From Phaeosaccion multiseriatum (Eukaryota; Protista; Ochrophyta, other classes), in the NCBI GenBank assembly GCA_965112735.1, contig OZ218950.1, forward strand, positions 372,001 to 436,000: DNA of 64,000 bases, in the 5' to 3' direction. Shown here one piece after another: positions 1 through 9,326 of the stretch (positions are counted from its first letter, which is position 1; every line of letters begins with the position of its first letter). The notes under the pieces were generated by a model. That model saw only the letters and a list, made by a program, of their open reading frames with translations, was not told where the DNA came from and searched no databases. Both the position numbers and the translations under genes were made by a program.

Positions 1-276
1 ACAATCAAGAGGTCGATACTGACATCGATATCACAAGTATGGTACCTTTCGATTCTTCAATCCACGGTAGCGTCTCACCACATCGGCTGCCATCTGTCAT
101 CAGTCTTCCTGCCCGCGCCCCCACAGCCGTCATGAGGCTAGTTTTTCTATTTTTGACACCAACCGCTGTACCACCAACCGCCTCACCTCTGGGTCCAGCT
201 TGAGGTCGTAAGTCATGAGAATCTTGGTGCTGAGGCCCTTGCGAGTGGCATAACGGTAGGACACCAATCCTGCCAT
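1..276 (-). pseudogene. Duplicated fragment of the AK-Nudix gene (one exon, [28 protein letters not shown], plus adjacent intron)
   Basis: Near-identical to ~14306-14615 in the same orientation, with substitutions and a ~40-bp deletion in the intron part. May continue left of the window. Confidence 0.9.
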
Positions 277-1220
277 ATGGAGCATGTTGTCGAGGAGAAG
301 CGGCAAGGAAAGGGGGCGGGCAAGCGAGGCAGCAAGCTCATCAAGCCGCCAAAGCCCAAATGCTGGTGCTTTGGTCTTGCTTGTGGAGAGAGAGACCAAC
401 ATCGGCGCTGCCCCTCCTGATGGTGTGACTTCAGGTACAGGGTTGAATTTACGATTTACCTCCGAAAGTCAGTTTCCAGGCCTTGTATGGGGATGGAGTT
501 CGATTCGATAATGCCATTGGGGGCGCAACGAGTACAACGATGGAGGGCTTTAGCATTTCGCAGGAGCAGTACGACGACTGCCGCACCCTCGTCAACGCAG
601 CGGAGAAGGAGCGGATTCAAGGGGAAGCGCTTCTTCAAGTAGGGGCGGATGGTGGATAGCAGCGAGGACGAGAGCAGCGAAGAGGATAGCAGCGAAGAGG
701 AGAGCAGAGAGGAAGGAGAGAACTTGGGAAGGAAGAATAGCTCAGAGGTCGGAGGCGAGGGAAGCAGAACTACAACCAGCCGGTGAGGGCGACGGTGGTG
801 CATGAGGCGAAGCAAAAGCTTCTGAACAAAGACGGCAAGGAAACCTTCTGTGCTGTATGCAACGACAATGACAAGCCCGGGACCATCATCCTCTGCCGCA
901 ATGAGGACACGTGCGGAAAAGAGTACCACGTTCGTTGCTTAGGGTTGGAAAAAGACCGAGAGAGAGGTCATGGACATGTCCCGAGTGCGCGTAGGAGGGC
1001 ACAGCTCGGTAGTAGTAGTATCTATTTTTTCTTGCCTTGCTTGTCCTGCGAGTTAGCCCAATGGACCCCCCACCTTCTGAGCATACCCCAGCGTCAGGTG
1101 ACCCAGGGGGGGGTGAGGGGGGATTGTTACGGCCTAGCCTAGAACCGCCGGCCTAGGGAGAAACAATGGCCGGCATAAAGCGGCCAACGGTTTAGTTTAT
1201 GGTCTTCAGTCTGGAGCCGA
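277..1220 (+). mobile_element. Truncated, degenerate DNA transposon related to 36206-41292 (transposase C-terminal region plus PHD finger)
   Basis: MEHVVEEKRQGKGAGKRGSKLIKPP (277) and MEGFSISQEQYDDCRTLV (540) align with DDLVEE..GK..AGGRG..SKQIVPP and LRSFTITSEQEDIGEELV of the 36-41 kb element. PHD-like CAVC..C....C...YHVRC at ~846-940. Ends CTGGAGCCGA at 1220, as that element's TIR does. Contains stops and frameshifts. Confidence 0.7.
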
Positions 1221-1255
1221 GAAGTGAGAAAAGGGGGAAAAGGCTCGGCCCTATA

Positions 1256-1649
1256 CCCTAACCCCAAATTTATGGTCATAGAAATGGGACATTATTTTTT
1301 CGAAGGGCCAAAATCGAGGTTTCCGACCGTCATTTTTTTGCGTCCTTGGAGTGAGCATTAGAGCTCATTCTTGACTACACCTCCACGTGCGGATGATGCA
1401 ATCACTGGTCGCGTCGTCATTTGAGGGCGATGCAAAAAACAGGCTAATGTCATATTCTCGTCGGCGCCTCACGCGACGAAGGCATCAGTGGATTGCATCA
1501 TCCACACGTGGAGACGTAGTTGAGAGTGAGCTCAAACTCCAATTCTAAGGACGAAAAAAAATGACCGTCGGAAACCTCGATTCCGGCCCTTCGAAAAAAT
1601 AATGTCCCATTTCTATGACCTTAACTGTATGACATTATCGGGGTTAGGG
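1256..1649. mobile_element. Small insertion with 10-bp TIRs CCCTAACCCC/GGGGTTAGGG and ATA target duplication, carrying a nested MITE
   Basis: ATA at 1253-1255 and 1650-1652. The homologous site in repeat copy 3 (~63545, minus strand) is empty. Confidence 0.6.
1274..1620. mobile_element. MITE / non-autonomous TIR element (GG...CC ends, TTAT/TTAA flanks, Kolobok-like signature)
   Basis: GGTCATAGAAATGGGACATTATTTTTTCGAAGGGCC at 1274 is the exact reverse complement of the end at 1620. Imperfect arms extend ~130 bp. No ORF. Confidence 0.85.
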
Positions 1650-2031
1650 ATAAACGGAAACGGAAACTAAATCGCATGTTCCTGGGCTCCTCCCTTCTTC
1701 CCATCCCTAACTTCAGACGGTGGCGCGGACTTGTTGGAAGCGTTCGAGTTGGCGTAACAAGCATTCGTTTGGTTCTCGAGTACCCTGGTGTCGTTACCAC
1801 TTGGGCCAGGCGCTTGGGAACCCCCTTATGTCTTCAGACTGAAGCATTCAATTTTCACTCCTCGTCAGGATTAGTAAGACCCTGTTTCTCAGGTGGATCG
1901 AGAGAGACAGTGAAAGAGCAGACGCAGTGGATGGACTTGAAGCCCCTTATGCCCTAAGTTGGATTTGGACCTGTTGAAGAAACGCAAAGGAGGTGCAAGG
2001 AGGATTGTTTGAAGGGCGCGGAGTTGTGAAA

Positions 2032-3333
2032 ATGCGGAAGAAGTGTACTGTGGAGGGGTGCGACAAGTATCGTGTCAGAGGAGGACTTTGCGTTAGGCAC
2101 GGGGCTGTGGTGAAGAGGTGTACTGTTGAGGGGTGCGACAAGCATCGGGTCCAAGGAGGACTTTGCCTGGCCCACGGGGCTGTGGTGAAGAGGTGTACTG
2201 TTGAGGGGTGCGAGAAGCACCAGATCCAAGGAGGACTTTGCCAGGGTCATGGAGCTGTGAAGGTACGGAAGAGGTGTACTGTTGAGGGGTGCGACAAGCA
2301 TCGGGTCCAAGGAGGACTTTGCCTGGCCCACGGGGCTGTCATGAAGGGGTGTACTGTTGAGGGGTGCGACAAGCAGCGAGTCCAAGGAGGACTTTGCCAG
2401 GCCCACGGGGCTGTGGTGGTACCGAAAAGGTGTACTGTTGAGGGGTGCGAGAAGCAGTCGCAACAGGGAGGACTTTGCCTGGGCCACGGGGCTGTGGTGG
2501 TACGGAAGAGGTGTACTGTTGAGGGGTGCGAGAAGCATTCGCAACAGGGAGGACTTTGCCAGGCCCATGGAGCTGTGGTGAAGAGGTGTACTGTTGAGGG
2601 GTGCGAGAAGTATCCGCAACAAGGAGGACTTTGCAAGGGCCACGGGGCTGTGGTGAAGAGGTGTACTGTTGAGGGGTGCGATAAGGAGCGGAAGCAAGGT
2701 GGGATGTGCCTGAGGCATGCACGAGTGAAGAGAGAGGGAGCGGAAGAGAAGGAGGAGATTGCCCTTTGTACGCCTGTGCCCAAGCGAGGAGCTGCGACGG
2801 ACATCAACGGGAGAGGAAGGAAGAGGGCGAAATGCGCCCCTTCAATGCCTGGCGGAGGGGAGGAGAGGAAGGAGGCACTGGAGGATGGGAATGGGGTGGG
2901 TTTGCTTGCGGGGCTGAGGCTTCATGTCGGGGACGAGATTCAACTGCCCTGTGGCCTGTGGAGAGGGCTGGAAGATGGCGGGGCTGATGCTGCCACGGCC
3001 TTCTGCGGCCGTCGGGACAGGGAGCTGTCGAATGGCGTGGTGGTGGCTGTGGGCCGGAGTAAAGTGTTGCTGCTGCCCCACCTCGCTGTGCGCACAAAGA
3101 GGAAGGGGGCGAGCCTGGAGAGCACGATCCGAGGCTTTGTGTCTGCCTACCACCGCTATCGCTCAGGAGGAACAGGGGGGGATGATGATGGCGACAAGCT
3201 GAAGGAGGAGTGGGCGGTGCTGGAGGAGAGCATGGTGACGGCGAGTGAGAAGAAGAGGCGCGGACGGAAAGCGCTGCGAGCGTGCGTGCGTGTGGAGGGC
3301 CCTGCTGCTGATACCTCGGGACTTGGGATTTAG
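2032..3333 (+). CDS. Tandem CCCH zinc-finger (WRKY19-like repeat) protein, 9 repeats plus conserved C-terminal domain
   Basis: Nine 25/27-aa repeats C-x4-C-x9-C-x2-H. ATG at 2032 within ORF 1993-3333. Basic NLS-like segments (GRGRKRAK, KKRRGRK). Frame is intact. Confidence 0.85.
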   Translation: MRKKCTVEGCDKYRVRGGLCVRHGAVVKRCTVEGCDKHRVQGGLCLAHGAVVKRCTVEGCEKHQIQGGLCQGHGAVKVRKRCTVEGCDKHRVQGGLCLAHGAVMKGCTVEGCDKQRVQGGLCQAHGAVVVPKRCTVEGCEKQSQQGGLCLGHGAVVVRKRCTVEGCEKHSQQGGLCQAHGAVVKRCTVEGCEKYPQQGGLCKGHGAVVKRCTVEGCDKERKQGGMCLRHARVKREGAEEKEEIALCTPVPKRGAATDINGRGRKRAKCAPSMPGGGEERKEALEDGNGVGLLAGLRLHVGDEIQLPCGLWRGLEDGGADAATAFCGRRDRELSNGVVVAVGRSKVLLLPHLAVRTKRKGASLESTIRGFVSAYHRYRSGGTGGDDDGDKLKEEWAVLEESMVTASEKKRRGRKALRACVRVEGPAADTSGLGI

Positions 3334-3683
3334 TGACCCGATGGCCTTAATCCGCAGTGATGCTTGGCACGTGCAATGGGCGAACCGTAGAGATGTCAAT
3401 TAAAGTGAATTGCCCCACTCGCCGCACACTGTGCTTCACTGCGGGGGGGGGGGGGGGGGCGAACGAATGGTTTTAACATTCACAATGGACTTGGCAGCCT
3501 ACGGGCACGCTGTGTGTGTCACTTGGCGCTGGAGCTGCAGAGATGACTTGGCACGACATCGGTTACAGGTATAGAAGGAAGGCTTGATGGTAGATGGATG
3601 GCACACAGAATCCGAGGAGGGGGCTTGAAGTGACTTGAAGATCGGGGGGGTGGGGGGGGGTGGGGGGAGAGGATCAGTGTATG

Positions 3684-3716
<33 letters not shown>

Positions 3717-5453
3717 CACTCCCACTCGTGTCGACTGCAGCCCTGCCCCGTGTGTGTGTGTGCGTGTGTGTGTGTGTGTGTGCGTGTGTGTGTGTGTGTG
3801 TGAAGAGAGGAGTCAAGTCCAGGCATGGCCGCAAAGTCAGGCGTGGACTCGTCTCCTCTCTGCACATCACCCCACTTTACCCCACTGCTCTCCAACTCAC
3901 TCAACTCCACCTCTCCACTCCAATAGAGCCTCCAAGCCTCCACTCCACTGCACGAGCCTATCTAGTCAAGAGGGTGGATGCCTCTCCTCTCTTCACACCA
4001 CTCCACTCCACCACCTCTGGGATCCCTGTTGACCCCCCTGACCCCCCTCCCTCAACACCAATCGGGTGCTCTTGCCATCCTTATACCTGTCCATGCACGC
4101 CTTCCTCTCTCTCTCTCCACTGTGTATTCGTGTATTTATGTCTTTGCTCTCCGCCCTCAAGGGGTGGCAGTGGATGGGGAGGGGCACGCAGGGGGGTGGA
4201 TTGAGACAGGGGATGGCAGTGGATACGCAGCAAGAGCGTGAGTCGTATATTTTCTCATGTTCACCCTTCTTTGGAACTGGAACTCTAAGTAATCACTCTC
4301 TCGTGCATCCTCTTCCCCCTCCCCTCGGCCCATCCACTGCCATCCCCTTGGTAGGCGGCGGGCTATAAAGTGTACGATGAGGAGCAGCTGAACGCCATCA
4401 TCACTCGGTTGTAAGTCAGTGAAGGTGCAACACGGACCACGAGAGAGGAGAACATAAAGGGATGTATCTATGGATGTAGGCCGACGCCATCCACCCGTCA
4501 CACCGATGGGCAGTAAAAGGGTCGAGTCGGAGAGGAGAGGACAGCCGTGGGCTCAACGTAGTAGGAGGGGCGAGCGAGTCAGAGAAAGCGAAGGAAGGGA
4601 GAGGGTGGCGTGGGCGGAGCGAGCTGAGAAGACGCGTTGGAACGATGTCCGATTAGGCTCCCGCAGGGGGTCAAGGGGTGAGCATCCTCCGTTGGGTGTA
4701 GGCAGTCGTCTTCAGGGAAGAAGCTGGAATAGAAGATGAGGGAGGCTGGAGGGTGCAAGGGGCGGCGAGCGGGGCGACTGAATCCACTGGAGTAGCAGCA
4801 CGAGCAGCGGTAAGACCAATCGCAGCAGCAGTGAGCGACAACCGCAGACGCAGCAGCAGAAGCTGGTGGGGGATTAGAAAGCAGCAAGTGCTTTGTTTTT
4901 GGCGCTTGTCGTCAGCAGCGCGTTGTAGCTGGTGCGGTGCGGCAGGGGGGAGGGGAGGGGCATCAGCACCGGTGCTGGCAATGGCAAGCCTTCCATGAGG
5001 TGCAGGCTCGTCAGACTGGGCAGATGGAAGGGAGCACCACAGAGGTAGAGCTTAGCTTAAGAATTGCTCGTATGCTCCTTGATGGTGATGGGCCTTTCCC
5101 TCCTCTTTGCTCGCCCACCTCTCAGCCAGGTGGTACATAAGCCATTCAGCCTTTAATTTCGATAATTCACTCTCGTCCCTCACTGCTATCGTACGTGCTT
5201 TGCACAAACTGTCCCTTCCACTCCCGGTGCCACAGACGGGGGGGGGTCGGATTATATAATTAATAGACAAAGAGGGGGGAAACGAACGGAAACTGAAACT
5301 AGATCGCATGTTCCTGGGCTCATCCCTTAAGGGAGGCGAATATCGTGCTAGCCAATTAAATTCAAATTCCCCCACCTCAACTGGCGACTAGCTAGTGGAT
5401 GAACAACATGCAAAGAGCTTTGCCCCCCCTTTATTTTCACTTTCTTGGCTTCC

Positions 5454-7292
5454 CTAAGGCCCAGAAGTTGCGAATGAACTGCAAAGATCACACCCACAAG
5501 CCCCACCGTACATCTTGCTGGCGGACTGGCTCTCTGGAATGAGCTCGCCGTTGCGATTGCGCTTCCTGGGTCGCTTCTCGGTATCGGGCACGGCGCAAGT
5601 CTTCTTCGTCCCTTCTGTGTGCACGCTCACGCCACCCCTCCGAGCCTCTTGATAATGCCCGCACGTCTTGCACATCTTAAAGGCCCTCTTCCGCCGTGGT
5701 TCATCGGGAAGTGTGGCCGGTTGACCACTGGCACCGCTATCAGGCACGCGTCCTCCCTGCGAAGAGAGGGAAGAGACTTGCTCCCGCAGGGTGCACGCCT
5801 CGGCGCTACTCGTAGCCGCAGCCGCAGCAGTTGCTGCTACCAAAGGCACAGGCCCCTCTCTCAGCCGCCTCTGCTGCTCGAGCTGTCCTGGCGATGGGCA
5901 CGTCGGCTGTGGCTCTAAGAGGGAGTTGGCGAACTCCTCCCCAGGCGCAGGCCGCCTCAAGTCCCTTCTCAGCATGGCCCCCTGCTGAAATATCGGCTTC
6001 ACAGTGGCCTTCGCGTTCATCCTCCTCTTCAGCAGGTCATAGTGCTGGTGCAGATGCGCGCTCGTCTTGCGGAAAACGTTGCTCCACTTGCCCAGTCCTT
6101 TCTCTACGTCCTTGCAGCCCTCGTTCCAGTTGCAAGCCCAGCAGTCTAAGTCGATCGCACCATGCTTGATGTTCGCGTCGACTCGCTCCTGCACGCTCTT
6201 CACGTAGGCCCGCTGCCACGGAGACCACCCTCTGATAGCTTCTTCCTCATCATCCAGGCCGCCACCACGGCTCCCTGAGGTATTGCGTGTCTGCTGTGCC
6301 CGTCTTGAAGCGGAAGAAGTGCTGGCTGCTGCTGTTGCTGCTGTCTCTGCCACGGATACCGCTGCTGCTGCTGCTGCTGCTGTCTCGGCAGCTGCCTCTG
6401 CGGAGCTTTCTGCTGGAGGGACGGAGGGGGGAGGGAGAGAGGGAGCGACATCAATTCCTACGGGCGTCTTATACTTCTCTCCTACGCCTCTCTTCCCATG
6501 CTCCCTCCCCTCCAAAAAGGAGGCTTTCTCTCTCACCCACCCACCTGCCTGCATGATGAGCTGCGTGACGTGATGCCTCTCCTGCAGATGCCTGCCCTCG
6601 GCGCCAGCCGCAGCTGCTCCCCCTCCTGCTCCCCCTCCTACTGAGCTATGTGCCGGTGTCTCTCTTGCTGGTGCTTCCTTGGCGCCAGGCGCAGCTGCTC
6701 CCCCTCCTACTGAGCTATCTGCCGGTGTCTCCCTTGCTGATGCTTCCTTGGCGCAAGCAGCAGCTGCTTCGGCGTGTGGGACGGGCGGAGTAGACGTCTT
6801 TGCTGGTGCTACCGATGGCAGTGGAGAGCCCACAACTGTGACCCCTCCCTCCTCAGAGCTACCTGCAAATACAAATCCCCTCTTGGCCCAACTATCCCGA
6901 TTTTTGTCGACCGTTTCCTTGCGTACAGGACCCGGCTTTGCACTTCCCTTCGCGCTCTTGCTCCCTACGGGTCGTCCTCGCCGCCTCTTTACTGCCTCAG
7001 CAGTCTTCTTTGCCTGCGCTGCAGCTCCATTCACCTTGTTGGAAGTGTTCTTGCTCCCTCGCCGACGTCCTAGCCCCCTCTTTTCCTTCGCAGGTGGAGC
7101 TACAGCAGAAGCAGCAGCAGGAGCAGCAGCGACAGCAGCAGCAAAACCAGCAGTGCGTGCGATGTAGGGGTTAAAAGGCCTTCGTGCTGCTGCTGATACT
7201 GATGCTGATGCTGTCACCGATGATACCGCTGCTGCGACGGGTGCTGGTGGGGCTGTAGAGCCCTCTAAAGCATGCATTGCTTCATGCTCCAT
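5454..7292 (-). CDS. 612-aa transposon-associated protein: AT-hook-like N-terminus, low-complexity middle, C-terminal Cys/His cluster; no catalytic core visible
   Basis: Long ATG ORF. RRRGRPVGSK AT-hook-like motif. C-terminal CKTCGH..H..C..CGCDLC. Lies inside the fold-back element. Confidence 0.55.
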   Translation of the reverse strand: MEHEAMHALEGSTAPPAPVAAAVSSVTASASVSAAARRPFNPYIARTAGFAAAVAAAPAAASAVAPPAKEKRGLGRRRGSKNTSNKVNGAAAQAKKTAEAVKRRRGRPVGSKSAKGSAKPGPVRKETVDKNRDSWAKRGFVFAGSSEEGGVTVVGSPLPSVAPAKTSTPPVPHAEAAAACAKEASARETPADSSVGGGAAAPGAKEAPARETPAHSSVGGGAGGGAAAAGAEGRHLQERHHVTQLIMQAGGWVREKASFLEGREHGKRGVGEKYKTPVGIDVAPSLPPPSVPPAESSAEAAAETAAAAAAAVSVAETAATAAASTSSASRRAQQTRNTSGSRGGGLDDEEEAIRGWSPWQRAYVKSVQERVDANIKHGAIDLDCWACNWNEGCKDVEKGLGKWSNVFRKTSAHLHQHYDLLKRRMNAKATVKPIFQQGAMLRRDLRRPAPGEEFANSLLEPQPTCPSPGQLEQQRRLREGPVPLVAATAAAAATSSAEACTLREQVSSLSSQGGRVPDSGASGQPATLPDEPRRKRAFKMCKTCGHYQEARRGGVSVHTEGTKKTCAVPDTEKRPRKRNRNGELIPESQSASKMYGGACGCDLCSSFATSGP

Positions 7293-7596
7293 GTGTGCTT
7301 AGTCTGCTCTTTTCAACATCCTCATCCGCAAGAGGACTGTCCCTGTCGCGGCTTTCAAGGGTACCACCAGAGGTATCTGGCTCTTGGCCTTCTACTTCGG
7401 CCTCCATGCCTCTCATCTCTCAAGGTAGCGTCTAGGAGGCCGTCCTCATTGTTGTTCATTGCCGTGTAGTTTGAACGACCTTATATGCATCGGGACGACC
7501 TTATATGAAGACCCCCCATGTCTCGACGCGGAAATCTTGTTTGACTTGATTAATGTATAGGCCTCGGGACGACCTTATATCAAAATAGCCCTATCC

Positions 7597-8415
7597 AGCC
7601 GTGGTGGCGGCCTGGATGATGAGGAAGAAGCTATCAGAGGGTGGTCTCCGTGGCAGCGGGCCTACGTGAAGAGCGTGCAGGAGCGAGTCGACGCGAACAT
7701 CAAGCATGGTGCGATCGACTTAGACTGCTGGGCTTGCAACTGGAACGAGGGCTGCAAGGACGTAGAGAAAGGACTGGGCAAGTGGAGCAACGTTTTCCGC
7801 AAGACGAGCGCGCATCTGCACCAGCACTATGACCTGCTGAAGAGGAGGATGAACGCGAAGGCCACTGTGAAGCCGATATTTCAGCAGGGGGCCATGCTGA
7901 GAAGGGACTTGAGGCGGCCTGCGCCTGGGGAGGAGTTCGCCAACTCCCTCTTAGAGCCACAGCCGACGTGCCCATCGCCAGGACAGCTCGAGCAGCAGAG
8001 GCGGCTGAGAGAGGGGCCTGTGCCTTTGGTAGCAGCAACTGCTGCGGCTGCGGCTACGAGTAGCGCCGAGGCGTGCACCCTGCGGGAGCAAGTCTCTTCC
8101 CTCTCTTCGCAGGGAGGACGCGTGCCTGATAGCGGTGCCAGTGGTCAACCGGCCACACTTCCCGATGAACCACGGCGGAAGAGGGCCTTTAAGATGTGCA
8201 AGACGTGCGGGCATTATCAAGAGGCTCGGAGGGGTGGCGTGAGCGTGCACACAGAAGGGACGAAGAAGACTTGCGCCGTGCCCGATACCGAGAAGCGACC
8301 CAGGAAGCGCAATCGCAACGGCGAGCTCATTCCAGAGAGCCAGTCCGCCAGCAAGATGTACGGTGGGGCTTGTGGGTGTGATCTTTGCAGTTCATTCGCA
8401 ACTTCTGGGCCTTAG
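7597..8415 (+). pseudogene. Inverted duplicate of the 3' part (~270 codons) of the 612-aa ORF
   Basis: ORF 7666-8415 is identical in peptide to the C-terminus of 5454-7292 and lacks its 5' end. Confidence 0.85.
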
Positions 8416-9326
8416 GGAAGCCAAGAAAGTGAAAATAAAGGGGGGGCAAAGCTCTTTGCATGTTGTTCATCCACTAGCTAGTCGCCAGTTGAGGTGGGGG
8501 AATTTGAATTTAATTGGCTGGCCCTTCGGGCCAGCCCTATTAGCACGATATTCGCCCATCCCTTCTTCCCATCTCCCCATCTTCCCCCCTCCCTGACTTC
8601 AGACGGCGGCGCGGACTTGTTGGAAGCGTTCGAGTTGGCGTAACAAGCATTCGTTTGGTTCTCGAGTACCCTGGTGTCGTTACCACTTGGGTCAGGCGCT
8701 TGGGAACGCCATTATGTCTTCAAACTGAAGCATTCAATTTTCACTCCTCGTCAGGATTAATAAGACCCTGTTTCTCAGGTGGATCGAGAGAGACAGTGAA
8801 AGAGCAGACGCAGTGGATGGACTTGAAGCGCGTTATGCCCTAAGTTGGATTTGGACCTGTTGAAGAAACGCAAAGGAGGTGCAAGGAGGATTGTTTGAAG
8901 GGCGCGGAGTTGTGAAAATGCCGAAAAAGTGTACTGTGGAGGGGTGCGACAAACAGCCGAAGCAGGGAGGACTTTGCGTTGGGCACGGAGCTGTGCTGAA
9001 GAGGTGTACTGTTGAGGGGTGTAACAAGCAGCGGCTGCAAGGAGGACTTTGCGTTGGGCATGGGGCTGTGCTGAAGAGGTGTACTGTTGAGGGGTGCGAG
9101 AAGCAGCGGATCCAAGGAGGACTTTGCGTTGGGCATGGACCTGTGCTGAAGAGGTGTACTGTGGAGGGGTGCGAGAAGCATTCGAAACAGGGAGGACTTT
9201 GCGTTGGGCACGGGGCTGTGGTGAAGAGGTGTACTGTTGAGGGTTGCGAGAAGCAGTCGAAACAAGGAGGACTTTGCCAGGGCCATGGGGCTGTGGTGAA
9301 GAAGTGTACTGTGGAGGGGTGCGAGA

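Larger units (their letters stand above)
1228..4158 (+). repeat. Zinc-finger-array repeat unit, copy 1
   Basis: Colinear with 8557-12655 and with the reverse complement of 61365-63570, including the 5' region, the CDS and (versus copy 3) ~800 bp of 3' flank. Confidence 0.9.
5335..8556. mobile_element. Fold-back DNA element with ~940-bp inverted arms
   Basis: Arms 5335-6272 and 7597-8556 are essentially exact reverse complements (ends GGCGAATATCGTGCTA / TAGCACGATATTCGCC). CATCCCTT is repeated at 5321-5328 and 8557-8564. Absent from copies 1 and 3. Confidence 0.85.

Noticed and set aside
1676-1957. Upstream ORF conserved in all three finger units
   Set aside because: Conservation is explained by recent duplication. 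Indels change its 5' frame between copies and no motif is recognisable.
2040-2720. 75-bp periodic repeats as a CRISPR-like array
   Set aside because: The repeats are in-frame codons of a zinc-finger protein. Variable parts are only a few codons, not unique spacers, and there are no cas genes.
1954-2807. Antisense ORFs (APLNSTPL / HPSTVHLF repeats), also at 8840-9382 and 62686-63292
   Set aside because: Shadow frames of the repetitive finger gene.
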